Positions 50,780-61,375 of a stretch of DNA of 64,000 nucleotides are shown here, piece after piece (position 1 is the first letter of the stretch; each line of letters opens with the position of its first letter). The notes below the pieces were generated by a model. It made no database searches, was not told where the DNA came from, and was given only the letters and a program-made list of their open reading frames with translations. Made by a program: the position numbers and the translations under genes. Origin of the DNA: an uncultured Spirochaetota bacterium (GTDB taxonomy: Bacteria; Spirochaetota; Brevinematia; Brevinematales; JAOACQ01); assembly GCA_963835575.1 (NCBI GenBank), contig CAWIGG010000004.1:640001-704000 (forward strand), given 5' to 3'.

Positions 50780-52196
50780 TCAATATTGATTCCATATTTT
50801 CTCAATTCTTTTTAAATGGATATGATATTTGATCCTGGGTATGAGAAAGAAAACAAATAGGATCAGAATATAACTTGATATTAAAGATAAAACTGAAAAA
50901 CCGTTTATTGTCTGATAGGAAAACGGGATAAGAGACAGGACATCTGCTATAGAGGTAGTTATCTTCCATAAGATAGTAATAGCATATTGAAAGATGGAAT
51001 GAATAAAAGAAACGCCGGTAAGAATGAAAATAAGATCGATAAAGCAGAGATAAGTAATGATATTAAAAAGAGGAATAATGATTAGATTGGCAAGAGGAGA
51101 AATAAAACTGATGCCTTTGAAAAAGAAAAGCAGAATGGGCAGGGTTGATATGTTTGCGGATAAAGTCCCTGATATAATATCGGATATATATTTCCCCGCA
51201 AAAGTAAAAAAGCCTTTTACAGGTTCAATGAAGAAATAAATGCCGAGAACGGCTGTATAGCTCAGCCAGAAGCTGACGGTGAGGATATAGGCGGGTTCAA
51301 AGACAATTGAAAGTGCCGCTGAATAAAGGATGATATCGAATAAATCCGGATCACGGCCTGTTAATTTTAATAAATTATAGAGCAGGAACATGATACCGGC
51401 GCGAACAACTGAAGCGCCGAAGCCCGCTATGGCAATATAAATAATAATGATTATTGATGAGATGATATAAGTATGGGAATTTTTCAATATCTTTTTTAAT
51501 AAAAACATAATTCCCAGGCTGATAATGGCGACATTCAGCCCGGAAGATGGCGAGCAGGTGTGTAACTCCGGTCATTTTGAATGATTGCGACGTAGAGTAA
51601 TTAATAAAGTGTGTGTTTGCCATGATAAGAGAAAACAAGAGGCTTTTCACTTCATCATTGGATGTCTCGATTATTCTGTCATTGAGACTTTTCCTGGACT
51701 GAGTTATAAGCATAAAAACAATGGGGCCGGCTTTGACCGGAATAATTTCTTTTGCATAAAGAGTTTTCCATTGCTGGTTTTGAATCCGATAGGTTGATAC
51801 AAACCCGGTTATTTGCGCCGTCTGACCTTTATAAAGTGCATAGGCGTTTGTCGAGATTATATTGATATTGCCGGCATGAACTTCATACTGGCCGTCTTGT
51901 CTTAATTCGGGAAAATCCGAGATCTGGAAAACGGCGGTCACAAATCCTTTTTCCGGAAGCGGGGTTTGGGACTTCTGATAAAAGTAACCGGAAGAGAAAC
52001 CAAGGAATAATCCAAAAATAACAAAAAATGGGACGGCTTTGTTTTTTTTGACAAAAGCAAATAGTATGGAGAAGGATATTATCAGTAAGATGGATATGAT
52101 AAAAACAGGAGATATTAAATTGATATTCTGGTAAGAATAAAAAGAGGAAAAAAATACAGCGCAGATAAATACAGCCAGATTCACCCGCATAAACAA
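50780..52196 (-). pseudogene. comEC: ComEC/Rec2 competence protein with a +1 frameshift
   Basis: GVTHLLAI-[extra T]-SGLNVA; ASVVRAGIM, SFWLSY and ANL motifs split across two ORFs. Confidence 0.85.
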
Positions 52197-52203
52197 GCCT
52201 TAA

Positions 52204-52734
52204 TTAACGTTCGAAACGGATTTCTATACAGTGTGGATTGATTTTTTTTATATTGTATTGTTCTTTATAATATGTGCTGATACCGCGAAGTAAACCGATA
52301 ATATCGATCAGGCTTTTTTCGTTTCCATAAACGGCTGTCATTGTATTCCGGTCGATTTCTTTCAGATCGATCTTTAAAATATAACTGTTATTGGGAATAA
52401 ACTGGCAGAGGTCATTGTTCAGTTTTACATAATTAACAAGAAATTCTTTTATTGTTGTTGCTTTACGGGCCAGGGATTGGCAGAGGCGCGGGGCAAAGTC
52501 GGTCAGCCAGTACTGCACAAAATCGCTTCTTACATCGAATTCGGATTTTTTGAGTTTTTTTGACATTATTTCAAATATTGATTTTAATCTCTGGAAAGAA
52601 ATATAATTATCCTGGTTGCGGAATGAATCTACGCCTATTCCCATTTCTTCCGCCAGTTCCTTCCAGATATTAAACCCGAAATTATATTTATTACTCAGCC
52701 ACTCTTTTATGGCTGTAAGATAAATCACTTTCAT
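52204..52734 (-). CDS. H-NOX (HNOB)-like protein with degenerate haem-binding residues
   Basis: Length and pattern (MK..., IF...SKKL, EFL, GLLRGISTYYKE, terminal IRF) resemble stand-alone H-NOX domains. Confidence 0.6.
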   Translation of the reverse strand: MKVIYLTAIKEWLSNKYNFGFNIWKELAEEMGIGVDSFRNQDNYISFQRLKSIFEIMSKKLKKSEFDVRSDFVQYWLTDFAPRLCQSLARKATTIKEFLVNYVKLNNDLCQFIPNNSYILKIDLKEIDRNTMTAVYGNEKSLIDIIGLLRGISTYYKEQYNIKKINPHCIEIRFER

Positions 52735-52863
52735 AAATAATCCTTTAAATAATATTATCCATTAAATTATTTTTAGTCAAATGACGCCGAATAAGTGAAT
52801 GCATTTAGTTTAAAGAGGTATTAATTATAATTGATATTTTATATATTTCAATTAAACTCTTTG

Positions 52864-54508
52864 CCCGGATTATTCACCTGAAAAAAAGTATAAAAAAAGC
52901 CGCGTAACTTTACTCTTTATGATATAATTAATTGCGACCTAAAAATACCCCAAAGAGGAGATACGCGGTGAAAACAGTATGTCATAAACAAGAAGAAAAA
53001 TCAAGCGGTTTTGCCTTTTTAGGCAAGACTATTGAGATGGACTGGAACGGCGGCGACATATCCACTGACGGCGGGCTGTTTCTGGTATCCGGGCTCTTAA
53101 AAAAGACCGGAATTATCAATAGAATATCCGGTTGTATTGAGGATTGCAGGGACCAGGACCGGATAATTCATGAAATGAGTGAATTGATCGGACAACGGGT
53201 CAGCCAAATGATCATGGGGTATGAAGACACCAACGACGCGGGAGTATTACGGTATGACCCGATGTTTAAATTCGCGGCAGGGCGTTTACCTGAAAGCGGA
53301 GATACCCTGTCCAGCCAGCCGACGCTGTCCAGGCTTGAGAACAGCATAAACCTTCGGGATATAACGAAGCTTGATTTCTGTATGACGGACTGGTACATTG
53401 ACAGCTTGATAGAGCGTAAAGCGGAAAGTGTTGTTCTTGACATAGACGGCACGGATGATCCGACGCATGGTAAACAGGAAGGAAGCCTGTTCAACGGTTT
53501 TTATGAACAAACGATGTACTCACCGCTGATTGTTTGTGACGGAGATACCGGAGACCTTGCGGCGATTAAACTGCGGCAGGGAAACGCGGGTCCGGCAAAG
53601 GACGCGCTTGCTATGATCAGGAGAATTGTTTTGGCAATAAGGAGGCGACAACCGGAGATCCGGATAATCCTGCGAGGTGACGCCGGATTTGAAAACCCGA
53701 AGATATACGAATATTGCGAACAAAATGATCTCCATTATATTCTGGGAATAAAGGGTTACCGGAGATTGGAGAAGAGGACAAGAAAGCTATCCCGCAGGGC
53801 AAAGACATATTTTCAAAAAAGCGGGAAAGAAAAGACGCTTCATACGAATTTCAAATACCGTGCACAAAGCTGGGAAAAAGAACGAATGATTATCGCCCGG
53901 ATACGCTGCAATGAATTGGGACAGGACACCCGTTATCTGATAACCAATTGGAAATTTTCAAAGGCAAGGTATGCATACAGATTCTATGCGAAGCGTGGAG
54001 ATATGGAAAACCGGATCAAGGAACTGAAAAAGGATATGAATCTTGACCGTTTGAGCTGCCATCGATATATGGCAAATTATTTCCGGCTGATTCTTGCGGG
54101 TTTTGCCTATCAATGCATGCAGCGCTTAAGGAAGGGATTGAAAGGTACAGAATATGAGAAAGCGCAAGCCGACACTATACGGTTAAAAATTCTGAAAGTT
54201 GCTGTACAGGTAAAAGAAACAGTCCGGAGAGTATGGCTGCATTTTTGCTCAAGTTTCACTGAAAAAGCGGTATTTCAAAGGCTCTCGGACAGCTTTGCGT
54301 AATGAAAGCCTTTCTGGATGTTTTTGACTCCGCTTAAAGAAGGGGGAAACTGCGCCCTTGTAACTGCAAAAAACAGATTTTTGAAAAGTTAGAAAGGATT
54401 GGACGGAAAAACGGAAGGTTAACTGACAAATTTATGCGGCCGCTTGAACAGCCGGGCAGTTTTTTATAGAAAATACACCCTCTGTGGGGGTGAGATGAAT
54501 AATGCGGG
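52864..54508 (+). mobile_element. IS1380-family insertion sequence, 1645 bp
   Basis: Terminal inverted repeats CCCGGATTATTCACCT / AGATGAATAATGCGGG (14/16); 5-bp target duplication CTTTG at 52859-52863 and 54509-54513. Confidence 0.93.
52968..54302 (+). CDS. IS1380-family transposase
   Basis: GGDISTDGG, GYEDTNDA, SQPTLSRLEN, LDIDGTDDPTHGKQE, RGDAGF, RGDMENRIKELK. Start placed at GTG 52968 after GAGGAG. Confidence 0.95.
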   Translation: MKTVCHKQEEKSSGFAFLGKTIEMDWNGGDISTDGGLFLVSGLLKKTGIINRISGCIEDCRDQDRIIHEMSELIGQRVSQMIMGYEDTNDAGVLRYDPMFKFAAGRLPESGDTLSSQPTLSRLENSINLRDITKLDFCMTDWYIDSLIERKAESVVLDIDGTDDPTHGKQEGSLFNGFYEQTMYSPLIVCDGDTGDLAAIKLRQGNAGPAKDALAMIRRIVLAIRRRQPEIRIILRGDAGFENPKIYEYCEQNDLHYILGIKGYRRLEKRTRKLSRRAKTYFQKSGKEKTLHTNFKYRAQSWEKERMIIARIRCNELGQDTRYLITNWKFSKARYAYRFYAKRGDMENRIKELKKDMNLDRLSCHRYMANYFRLILAGFAYQCMQRLRKGLKGTEYEKAQADTIRLKILKVAVQVKETVRRVWLHFCSSFTEKAVFQRLSDSFA

Positions 54509-54553
54509 CTTTGTATAAAATTACGATATCATTATTAAATTTCAGGAGATATA

Positions 54554-56092
54554 ATGATGGAAAAGGCAGGTGTTAAACCGTTAATTAAATTGAAAAACGC
54601 CGCTTTTAAAATAAATGACCGGATTGTTTTCAGCGGAACGGATTGGACAATCATTGCCGGTCAGATATGGGCCGTTTATGGTATAGCGGGTTCAGGAGTA
54701 AACATTCTGCTGGAAGCGCTTTTACACCGTCTTCCGGTTACGCAGGGGAAATTAGAGTATTATTTCGAGGATCATGGAAGACCGTATTTGAATCCAGGCG
54801 AGGCTGTGCTTATCTCGAACGATGCGCAGAGGGATATGCTGCTTCATTACAGTACTTATTATCAAGCGAGGTGGCAGAGCTTTGAGGAAGAAAATTCCCC
54901 TTCAGTCAATGAATTCCTGAGCGGAAAAAGTATTGAACATCATTCGTCTTTTGAAGTGACCCCATTAAGGACTGCCGGTTCAATTTATGAGAAGCGCAAA
55001 AGAAGTGCTGTAAGGAGACTTCAGATTAAAAATCTGATGGAAAAGCGGCTGATGCAGCTTTCCAATGGTGAGGCCCGGAAAGTTCTATTGGTCCGGGCTT
55101 TTATGCAGAATCCCCGTTTACTTGTTCTGGATGAGCCTTTTGGGGGACTGGATGCTTCTTCAAGGAAAAATTTAATGAAAATTATCAATGAAATGATGCC
55201 GGATGAGCATAAAATTATAATAACCGCTCATTCCAGACTGGATGAAATCCCCGGATCGGCAACTCATATTGCCTATGTGGAACAAAACCGTATATTAAAG
55301 CAGGGTTTAAAAAAAGAAATATTATTATCATTGGAAACAAAACAAAAAGAACCAATCGTTATTAAAGAAGAAAAGTTTCAACTCTTTCCGGAATTTCCAC
55401 AGGATAAAAATCCGGAAAATCCCTTTTTAATAAAAATGAATAATGTTACTGTCAAGTATGGGAAAAAGGTTATTCTGGATCATATCAGCTGGACAATGAG
55501 AAGGGATGAAAATTGGGCCGTCCTCGGACCGAACGGCGCCGGAAAGACAACGCTTTTAAGCCTTATAATGGGGGATAATCCGCAAGCTTATGCCAATGAC
55601 ATCATACTTTTTGGGAAAAAGCGGGGGAGTGGGGAGAGTATCTGGGATATAAAAAAGAAAATCGGCTGGGTTTCACCGGAGCTGCAATTATATTATTACA
55701 GCAGTATGAAATGTATTGAAACTGTCTGCTCAGGATTGTATGAATCAATAGGGCTTTATCAAGAGATTACAGAGGAACAAAAGATTGAAGCATTATTCTG
55801 GCTGCGGCTTTTAAAGATAGATAATTTAAAAGACACGCGCTTTTCAGATATTTCAGCCGCCGAACAAATGCTGATCCTTTTTGCAAGGGCCCTGGTTAAA
55901 AAACCCATACTTTTGATTCTGGATGAACTTTTCCAGAATATTGATCCTGAAACGAGAAATTTTTTATTTAGTTTTATTGATGCGCTTTGTACGGAAACAC
56001 TTGTCCGCATTATTTATGTGACGCATCATGAAAAAGAATTACCCAATTGTATATCAAATATATTAAGGCTGGATAAAGGTAGAATCGTTTAA
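54554..56092 (+). CDS. ModF-like ABC ATPase with two nucleotide-binding domains
   Basis: LSNGE and LDEP in the first domain; GPNGAGKT, GDNPQAY and GSGESIWDIKKKIG in the second. Confidence 0.85.
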   Translation: MMEKAGVKPLIKLKNAAFKINDRIVFSGTDWTIIAGQIWAVYGIAGSGVNILLEALLHRLPVTQGKLEYYFEDHGRPYLNPGEAVLISNDAQRDMLLHYSTYYQARWQSFEEENSPSVNEFLSGKSIEHHSSFEVTPLRTAGSIYEKRKRSAVRRLQIKNLMEKRLMQLSNGEARKVLLVRAFMQNPRLLVLDEPFGGLDASSRKNLMKIINEMMPDEHKIIITAHSRLDEIPGSATHIAYVEQNRILKQGLKKEILLSLETKQKEPIVIKEEKFQLFPEFPQDKNPENPFLIKMNNVTVKYGKKVILDHISWTMRRDENWAVLGPNGAGKTTLLSLIMGDNPQAYANDIILFGKKRGSGESIWDIKKKIGWVSPELQLYYYSSMKCIETVCSGLYESIGLYQEITEEQKIEALFWLRLLKIDNLKDTRFSDISAAEQMLILFARALVKKPILLILDELFQNIDPETRNFLFSFIDALCTETLVRIIYVTHHEKELPNCISNILRLDKGRIV

Positions 56093-56232
56093 TTGCATTA
56101 TTTTCAGCCTTATCTTTTTAAGAGTTAATAAAAAAGACTCATTTTGGATAAATTATAATATAAATATATAATATAAATATTATTGGCAAAGTCTGGATTT
56201 CCTTTTACAATAAGTATTATAAGAATGGTGAG

Positions 56233-58479
56233 GTGGACATGCCCAAAGATATTAAATTGAAAAAAGCCTCTGATATCAGACCTGTATTTTTCAGCATGAA
56301 ATGGAAAGGCACCATTCTGGTTTTTGTTTTCTTTATTCTGAGTATATCCATCCTATTCCAGTTTATTATCAATTATGAAAATTTAATCCTGAACAAACAG
56401 CTTGACGAAACCATGACTGTCTACCAGGAAACATTCAAAAAAGATGTCGAAGTGATGCTGCTGGAAAAAAATGATAGAAACGGGCTTGACAGCATTATTC
56501 AGTCCTATTCAAACATTAATAACTTTCTTAGCGCTATGTTTGTCGACAATGCCGGCAATATCATTGTCCATACGGGAAGGTCGGTTGATAAAGAATTTAT
56601 AAGTTATATGCAGAGCAAATTTAAAAATATGTATGAGGATAAGGGAAATTACCAAGGGAAGCTTTCGTATAACAGTTTCAGGCCGGTTTATCATCCCAAT
56701 ATCGGAAAAACCGAGTTTAATAAGATAAACAATTATATAGATCTTTATCATAACGGCAAATTATTTAATAATGATGTCCTTCCCGAAGAAACCAGGAACA
56801 ATTTTAAATTCATAAAAGAATACGAGGATTTAACCGCGCAGTATCAAATCAGGAGGGTCGGTCAAAAAAGTCCTCCGCAAGTTAAAATCACACAAAAAGA
56901 CAGGAATGAGATTAACAGCTGGCAGAGAAGATGGGATAATTATAAAAAGACATGTAGCCTGATATTAACGGATAAAGAATTTTTAAAGCTGAATGATCTG
57001 CTTAAAAAGCTCGGATGGCCGGACAAAAAAGTCAATGAATATACTTTATTAAGGCAGGATAAGAAAAAATTCTTTAATAATAAAATTATCTTAAATGAAG
57101 AAGAGAATAACAATATCCAGTTTATAGCGTTCATAAAAACTTATCTTTCCACTTATATGGATGAACAGAATAATCTCAATAAAAACTTTGATCAATTGGC
57201 GGAAAAACTCACATCGATAGATAATAAACTGAGCTATCAGAAAAATCAGAAGAAAAATCAAGGAATTGCAAACTCGCTTTTAAATAAGGATAATTGCGCC
57301 TCGGCTATGAAACAGCTTTTAAGCGACTATAAAAGTCTGGAAAAGTACCGTTACAGTGCTACTGTTATCAGCGGCATTAAGTCCGTTAAAATAGAAAAAA
57401 TATGGAGTGATTTTAAAAATATTTACCGGATCGGAACCATTTTGATAGCATTGAATATAAACCAGGTGACTTTAGACCAGAAGACCACTATTAATAAAAT
57501 GATCGACATTGCAATTATGGTTGTATTAAGGCTTTTTGCGATTACTTACTTTATTGTCTCGTTTTTAATTTTCCCGTTAAGCGTACTTTCAGCAGGTACG
57601 GATGAGATCGCGAAAGGGAATCTGGATAAAACAATCCAGGTGAAATCCAGGGATGAGATTGGCCAGCTGGCCGATAAGTTCAACTACATGTCAAAAAGCC
57701 TGAAAAAAGCTTTTGACGAGATTAAAGATAAAGCTAGAATGGAAGCGGAATTGAAGAATGCCCGGGAGATTCAGGAAGCCATCCTGCCGAAAGCCTATCC
57801 TCAGGTGGAAAAATTCTCCTTCTCGACATACTATCAGCCCGAAACCGAATCCGGCGGGGATTATTATGACTTTATTGACGTTGATGAAAAACATTTCGGC
57901 GTTGTGATCGCTGATGTGACGGGCCATGGCGTGGGAGCAGGCATAGTGATGTCAATGCTCCGTTCTCATCTCAGGACTGCCGCCGTCGGAAAAAAGGATG
58001 CATCCGAAGTATTAAAGGAAATCAATCCGATCCTGTACAGGGATACGCTTCCAAATATGTTCGCGACTATCTTTTATGCGGTTGTTGACATTTCAACCAA
58101 TATACTTTACTATACAAACGCTGGGCATCACCCGGCGATTATTTATAATCCGAAAGAACCGAAAGCCAGACTGCTGCGTACAGGCGGGATGCCCATCGGG
58201 ATGGTGGACAGTAAAATTTTCGATCCGGCCATTGAACTTCATCAGGTCCAGCTGAAGAAGGGAGATTATTGCGTAGCTTATACTGACGGGATTCTTGAGG
58301 CAAAATCCAAAGAAAACGATGAATACGGTGAAGAGAGATTTTATGCCGCCATCAGCAGGCATTCATCGGAAAACCTGGACCGGATGAGGGACGGGATTAT
58401 TGCGGATTTGAAGAAATTTACGGAAGGGGCTGAACAGAGCGACGATATTACTTTGATTATAATAAAAACAAATTCATAA
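56233..58479 (+). CDS. Membrane sensor with HAMP and SpoIIE/RsbU PP2C phosphatase domains
   Basis: Two TM helices, large periplasmic region, DEIGQLADKFNYM (HAMP), GGDYYD, DVTGHG, YTDG, DDIT. Start may be ATG 56239. Confidence 0.92.
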   Translation: MDMPKDIKLKKASDIRPVFFSMKWKGTILVFVFFILSISILFQFIINYENLILNKQLDETMTVYQETFKKDVEVMLLEKNDRNGLDSIIQSYSNINNFLSAMFVDNAGNIIVHTGRSVDKEFISYMQSKFKNMYEDKGNYQGKLSYNSFRPVYHPNIGKTEFNKINNYIDLYHNGKLFNNDVLPEETRNNFKFIKEYEDLTAQYQIRRVGQKSPPQVKITQKDRNEINSWQRRWDNYKKTCSLILTDKEFLKLNDLLKKLGWPDKKVNEYTLLRQDKKKFFNNKIILNEEENNNIQFIAFIKTYLSTYMDEQNNLNKNFDQLAEKLTSIDNKLSYQKNQKKNQGIANSLLNKDNCASAMKQLLSDYKSLEKYRYSATVISGIKSVKIEKIWSDFKNIYRIGTILIALNINQVTLDQKTTINKMIDIAIMVVLRLFAITYFIVSFLIFPLSVLSAGTDEIAKGNLDKTIQVKSRDEIGQLADKFNYMSKSLKKAFDEIKDKARMEAELKNAREIQEAILPKAYPQVEKFSFSTYYQPETESGGDYYDFIDVDEKHFGVVIADVTGHGVGAGIVMSMLRSHLRTAAVGKKDASEVLKEINPILYRDTLPNMFATIFYAVVDISTNILYYTNAGHHPAIIYNPKEPKARLLRTGGMPIGMVDSKIFDPAIELHQVQLKKGDYCVAYTDGILEAKSKENDEYGEERFYAAISRHSSENLDRMRDGIIADLKKFTEGAEQSDDITLIIIKTNS

Positions 58480-58629
58480 AATAAGAGCAGTTCTATAACC
58501 GGCAAAATATTAAGGAATTTAGAACATCTTATTCTCCAAGTTTAAGATTTTATACATTTCCAAAAACACCAATTTGATTTTTATGGTAGTTTTTGGAAAT
58601 GCCCTTAATAAATAATTTAGAGGTCAGTT

Positions 58630-58905
58630 ATGAAAAATGGTAATATGTATCCGGCGGAGCGAGAGCTTATTTTTTCAACAGTGATGGAAATCATAGAAAA
58701 CGGACAGAATGATGTTGAGTTGAATATGACAAAAGTGGTTAAGGCAATAGCCGCTAGCGGGTCATACTGGCTTTCGTTTTTAAATGTGATTTACACCAGG
58801 CTTCTGGAAGTGAAAAATGAATTGAAGGCCAAGGATTACGCCGCTGTTGAACAGAAACTGGATCAATTAACGAAAACTATAGTTGAAATCAGGTATAAGA
58901 TATAA
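58630..58905 (+). CDS. Hypothetical protein
   Basis: GAGGT RBS; 91-aa helical ORF 16 bp upstream of guaA. Confidence 0.6.
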   Translation: MKNGNMYPAERELIFSTVMEIIENGQNDVELNMTKVVKAIAASGSYWLSFLNVIYTRLLEVKNELKAKDYAAVEQKLDQLTKTIVEIRYKI

Positions 58906-58921
58906 GGCATGGGAGAGCCGA

Positions 58922-60454
58922 GTGGAAAAAAGTATTCTCATTCTGGATTTTGGTTCTCAATATACCCAGCTCATTGCCAGGCGGATCAGAGAGTTCGGCG
59001 TTTATGCGGAAATTTATCCCTATTCAATCACTATCGATGAAATAATCCGGCAAAAACCCTGCGGAATCATCCTTTCGGGCGGACCTTCCAGCGTTCTGGA
59101 TAAAAATGCGCCTCTTATTTCGCCGGAGCTTTTCACTTTCAAAACTCCAATTCTTGGTATCTGCTACGGCATGCAGCTTATGACAAAACTCCTGGGAGGG
59201 ACTGTTGAGCGGTCCACTCAAAGGGAGTATGGTAAAGCGGTCCTGAATATTCAAAGCCCTTCACGCCTTTTTGATAATGTGAAAAACAACAGCATTATCT
59301 GGATGAGCCATGGGGATTCGGTTATTCATCTGGCGCAAGGATTTCAGATTAAGGCAAAAACCCTGGAAGGTGTTTTGACCGCTATTGAGAATGATAAAGA
59401 AAATTTATACGCCGTTCAGTTTCATCCGGAAGTGGCGCATACGGAAGAAGGTAAAAAGATTTTATCCAATTTTATCTTTAACATTTGCGGCGCGGTAAAA
59501 AACTGGGACATGCGTGATTTTATTGAAAAAGAAATCGACGAGCTTCAGGAAAAATGCAGAGGGAAAAAAGTTGTCCTGGGCGTCAGCGGCGGAGTGGATT
59601 CGACGACGCTGGCCGTTCTGGTCCAGAAAGCCCTGGGAAACAACGTTAAATCAATATTTGTTAATAACGGTCTTCTCCGATTGAATGAATCCGAGGAAGT
59701 TCTGAATAACTTGAGGGAAAGGCTTGGCCTGAATATCAGTTTTATTGATGCGTCGGATATATTTTTAAAGAATCTGCAGGGGGTTGAATTCCCTGAAGAA
59801 AAAAGAAAGATAATCGGTAAAACTTTTATTGATGTTTTTTACGGCGGATTAAAAGATTTTGATTTTCTTGTGCAGGGGACCCTCTATCCTGATGTTATTG
59901 AAAGTAATCCGGTCAAAGGCCCTTCTCAAACAATAAAAACGCATCACAACCGGGTTAAAGAAGTGCAGATATTGGAGAAGGAAGGGAGAATTATTGAGCC
60001 GTTCCGGTTTTTATTTAAGGATGAAGTAAGGGAAGTTGCCCGGATCCTCAATATTCCGGATGATATTCTGAACCGCCATCCCTTTCCAGGTCCCGGCCTT
60101 GCAGTGAGGGTCCTGGGGGATATTACCAGGGAAAAGCTGGATATTCTCCGGATTGCCGATGATATTTTCATTACAGAACTGAAAGAAAGCGGCTGGTATG
60201 AAAAAACCTGGCAGGCCTTTGCGGTATTCCTGCCCGTCAGAAGTGTCGGCGTTATGGGCGATGAAAGGGCATACGGGCATGTCATCGCTCTAAGGGCGAT
60301 CACAAGCGTGGATGGTATGACGGCCAACTGGGCGCATCTGCCGTATGAAGTGCTGGATGAAGTTGCGAACAAGATCATACGCCGCATTAAGGAAGTAAAC
60401 AGGGTTGTTTATGACGTTACATCAAAACCGCCTGCTACGATTGAGTGGGAATAA
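58922..60454 (+). CDS. guaA: GMP synthase (glutamine-hydrolysing)
   Basis: LDFGSQY, GICYGMQ, QFHPEV, SGGVDS, HPFPGPGL, KPPATIEWE. Start placed at GTG 58922 after GGGAG. Confidence 0.98.
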   Translation: MEKSILILDFGSQYTQLIARRIREFGVYAEIYPYSITIDEIIRQKPCGIILSGGPSSVLDKNAPLISPELFTFKTPILGICYGMQLMTKLLGGTVERSTQREYGKAVLNIQSPSRLFDNVKNNSIIWMSHGDSVIHLAQGFQIKAKTLEGVLTAIENDKENLYAVQFHPEVAHTEEGKKILSNFIFNICGAVKNWDMRDFIEKEIDELQEKCRGKKVVLGVSGGVDSTTLAVLVQKALGNNVKSIFVNNGLLRLNESEEVLNNLRERLGLNISFIDASDIFLKNLQGVEFPEEKRKIIGKTFIDVFYGGLKDFDFLVQGTLYPDVIESNPVKGPSQTIKTHHNRVKEVQILEKEGRIIEPFRFLFKDEVREVARILNIPDDILNRHPFPGPGLAVRVLGDITREKLDILRIADDIFITELKESGWYEKTWQAFAVFLPVRSVGVMGDERAYGHVIALRAITSVDGMTANWAHLPYEVLDEVANKIIRRIKEVNRVVYDVTSKPPATIEWE

Positions 60455-60470
60455 ATTCTGCAATATATCT

Positions 60471-60585
60471 TCCGCCAAGCCACGCGAATGCACGCTAATA
60501 ATGTTTCATTATTATTTCCATCACGTTCAGTGTAAATTAAGAAAGCTTTTAGACAAATTCGCGTCGATTAGCGTGTCTTAGCGGA
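60471..60585. repeat. REP/MITE-like imperfect inverted repeat with 10-bp internal periodicity
   Basis: CCGCCAAGCCACGCGAATGCACGCTAAT ... ATTCGCGTCGATTAGCGTGTCTTAGCGG (22/28 complementary). Confidence 0.7.
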
Positions 60586-60641
60586 TTACTAGTTATAATT
60601 CCGGGAATTATTTAACTTTTCAAGCTTTGAGAAAGCCAGCA

Positions 60642-61373
60642 TTATTTCACAAATTGAGTTTCGATATTATTTAGAAATGGGAATATCTTTGAAAAATAAC
60701 CGGATAAAAAGCCCATCCAGTCAAAAAAGAGGATCAATCCCAGTATGATCAGAAAAGCGCCGCTGATCAATTCTATAATCCGGTAATGCTTTTTTATCGC
60801 GTCAAATAATGAAAGAAGCTTGTGAGTGAGCAATCCTGTCAGTATGAATGGAATTCCCAGCCCAAGAGAGTATGTAATCAGAAGAAGAACGGCAAGTAGA
60901 GGATTCTGGCTGGAGGAAGACGTAAAAAGAATGCCTGAAAGGATCGGACCGATGCATGGCGTCCATCCCGCGCCGAAAACCATACCTATTAATAATGAAG
61001 AAAAAACATTTATCTTCTTTGTTTCGGTTTTTAACTTAATCTCAAAATCAAGAAAAGGTATTTTGATAATTCTAATAATATGAAGGCCGAAAACAATTAA
61101 AATCAATCCGGCGATTCTATTGAACCAGATTTTATAACTTCCGAGAGACTGGACAAAAATGTAAAACAGAGCGGCAAGCGCTGAAAATACGGCGGCGAAC
61201 CCCAGGACAAAAAATAGAGAATTGATAAAAATCTTAAAAACAGGTTTTGTCTCATCCTTTAACTGCTGGACCGTCATTCCGGAAATATAAGCGATATATA
61301 TGGGAATAAGCGGTAGGACGCAGGGAGAGATAAATGTAATTATACCGCCTAGGAAAGCTATAATGAATGTCAT
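60642..61373 (-). CDS. ccdA: Cytochrome c biogenesis protein CcdA / DsbD TM domain
   Basis: FISPCVLPLIP and GWTPCIGPIL. Start placed at ATG 61373. Confidence 0.9.
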   Translation of the reverse strand: MTFIIAFLGGIITFISPCVLPLIPIYIAYISGMTVQQLKDETKPVFKIFINSLFFVLGFAAVFSALAALFYIFVQSLGSYKIWFNRIAGLILIVFGLHIIRIIKIPFLDFEIKLKTETKKINVFSSLLIGMVFGAGWTPCIGPILSGILFTSSSSQNPLLAVLLLITYSLGLGIPFILTGLLTHKLLSLFDAIKKHYRIIELISGAFLIILGLILFFDWMGFLSGYFSKIFPFLNNIETQFVK

Positions 61374-61375
61374 TA

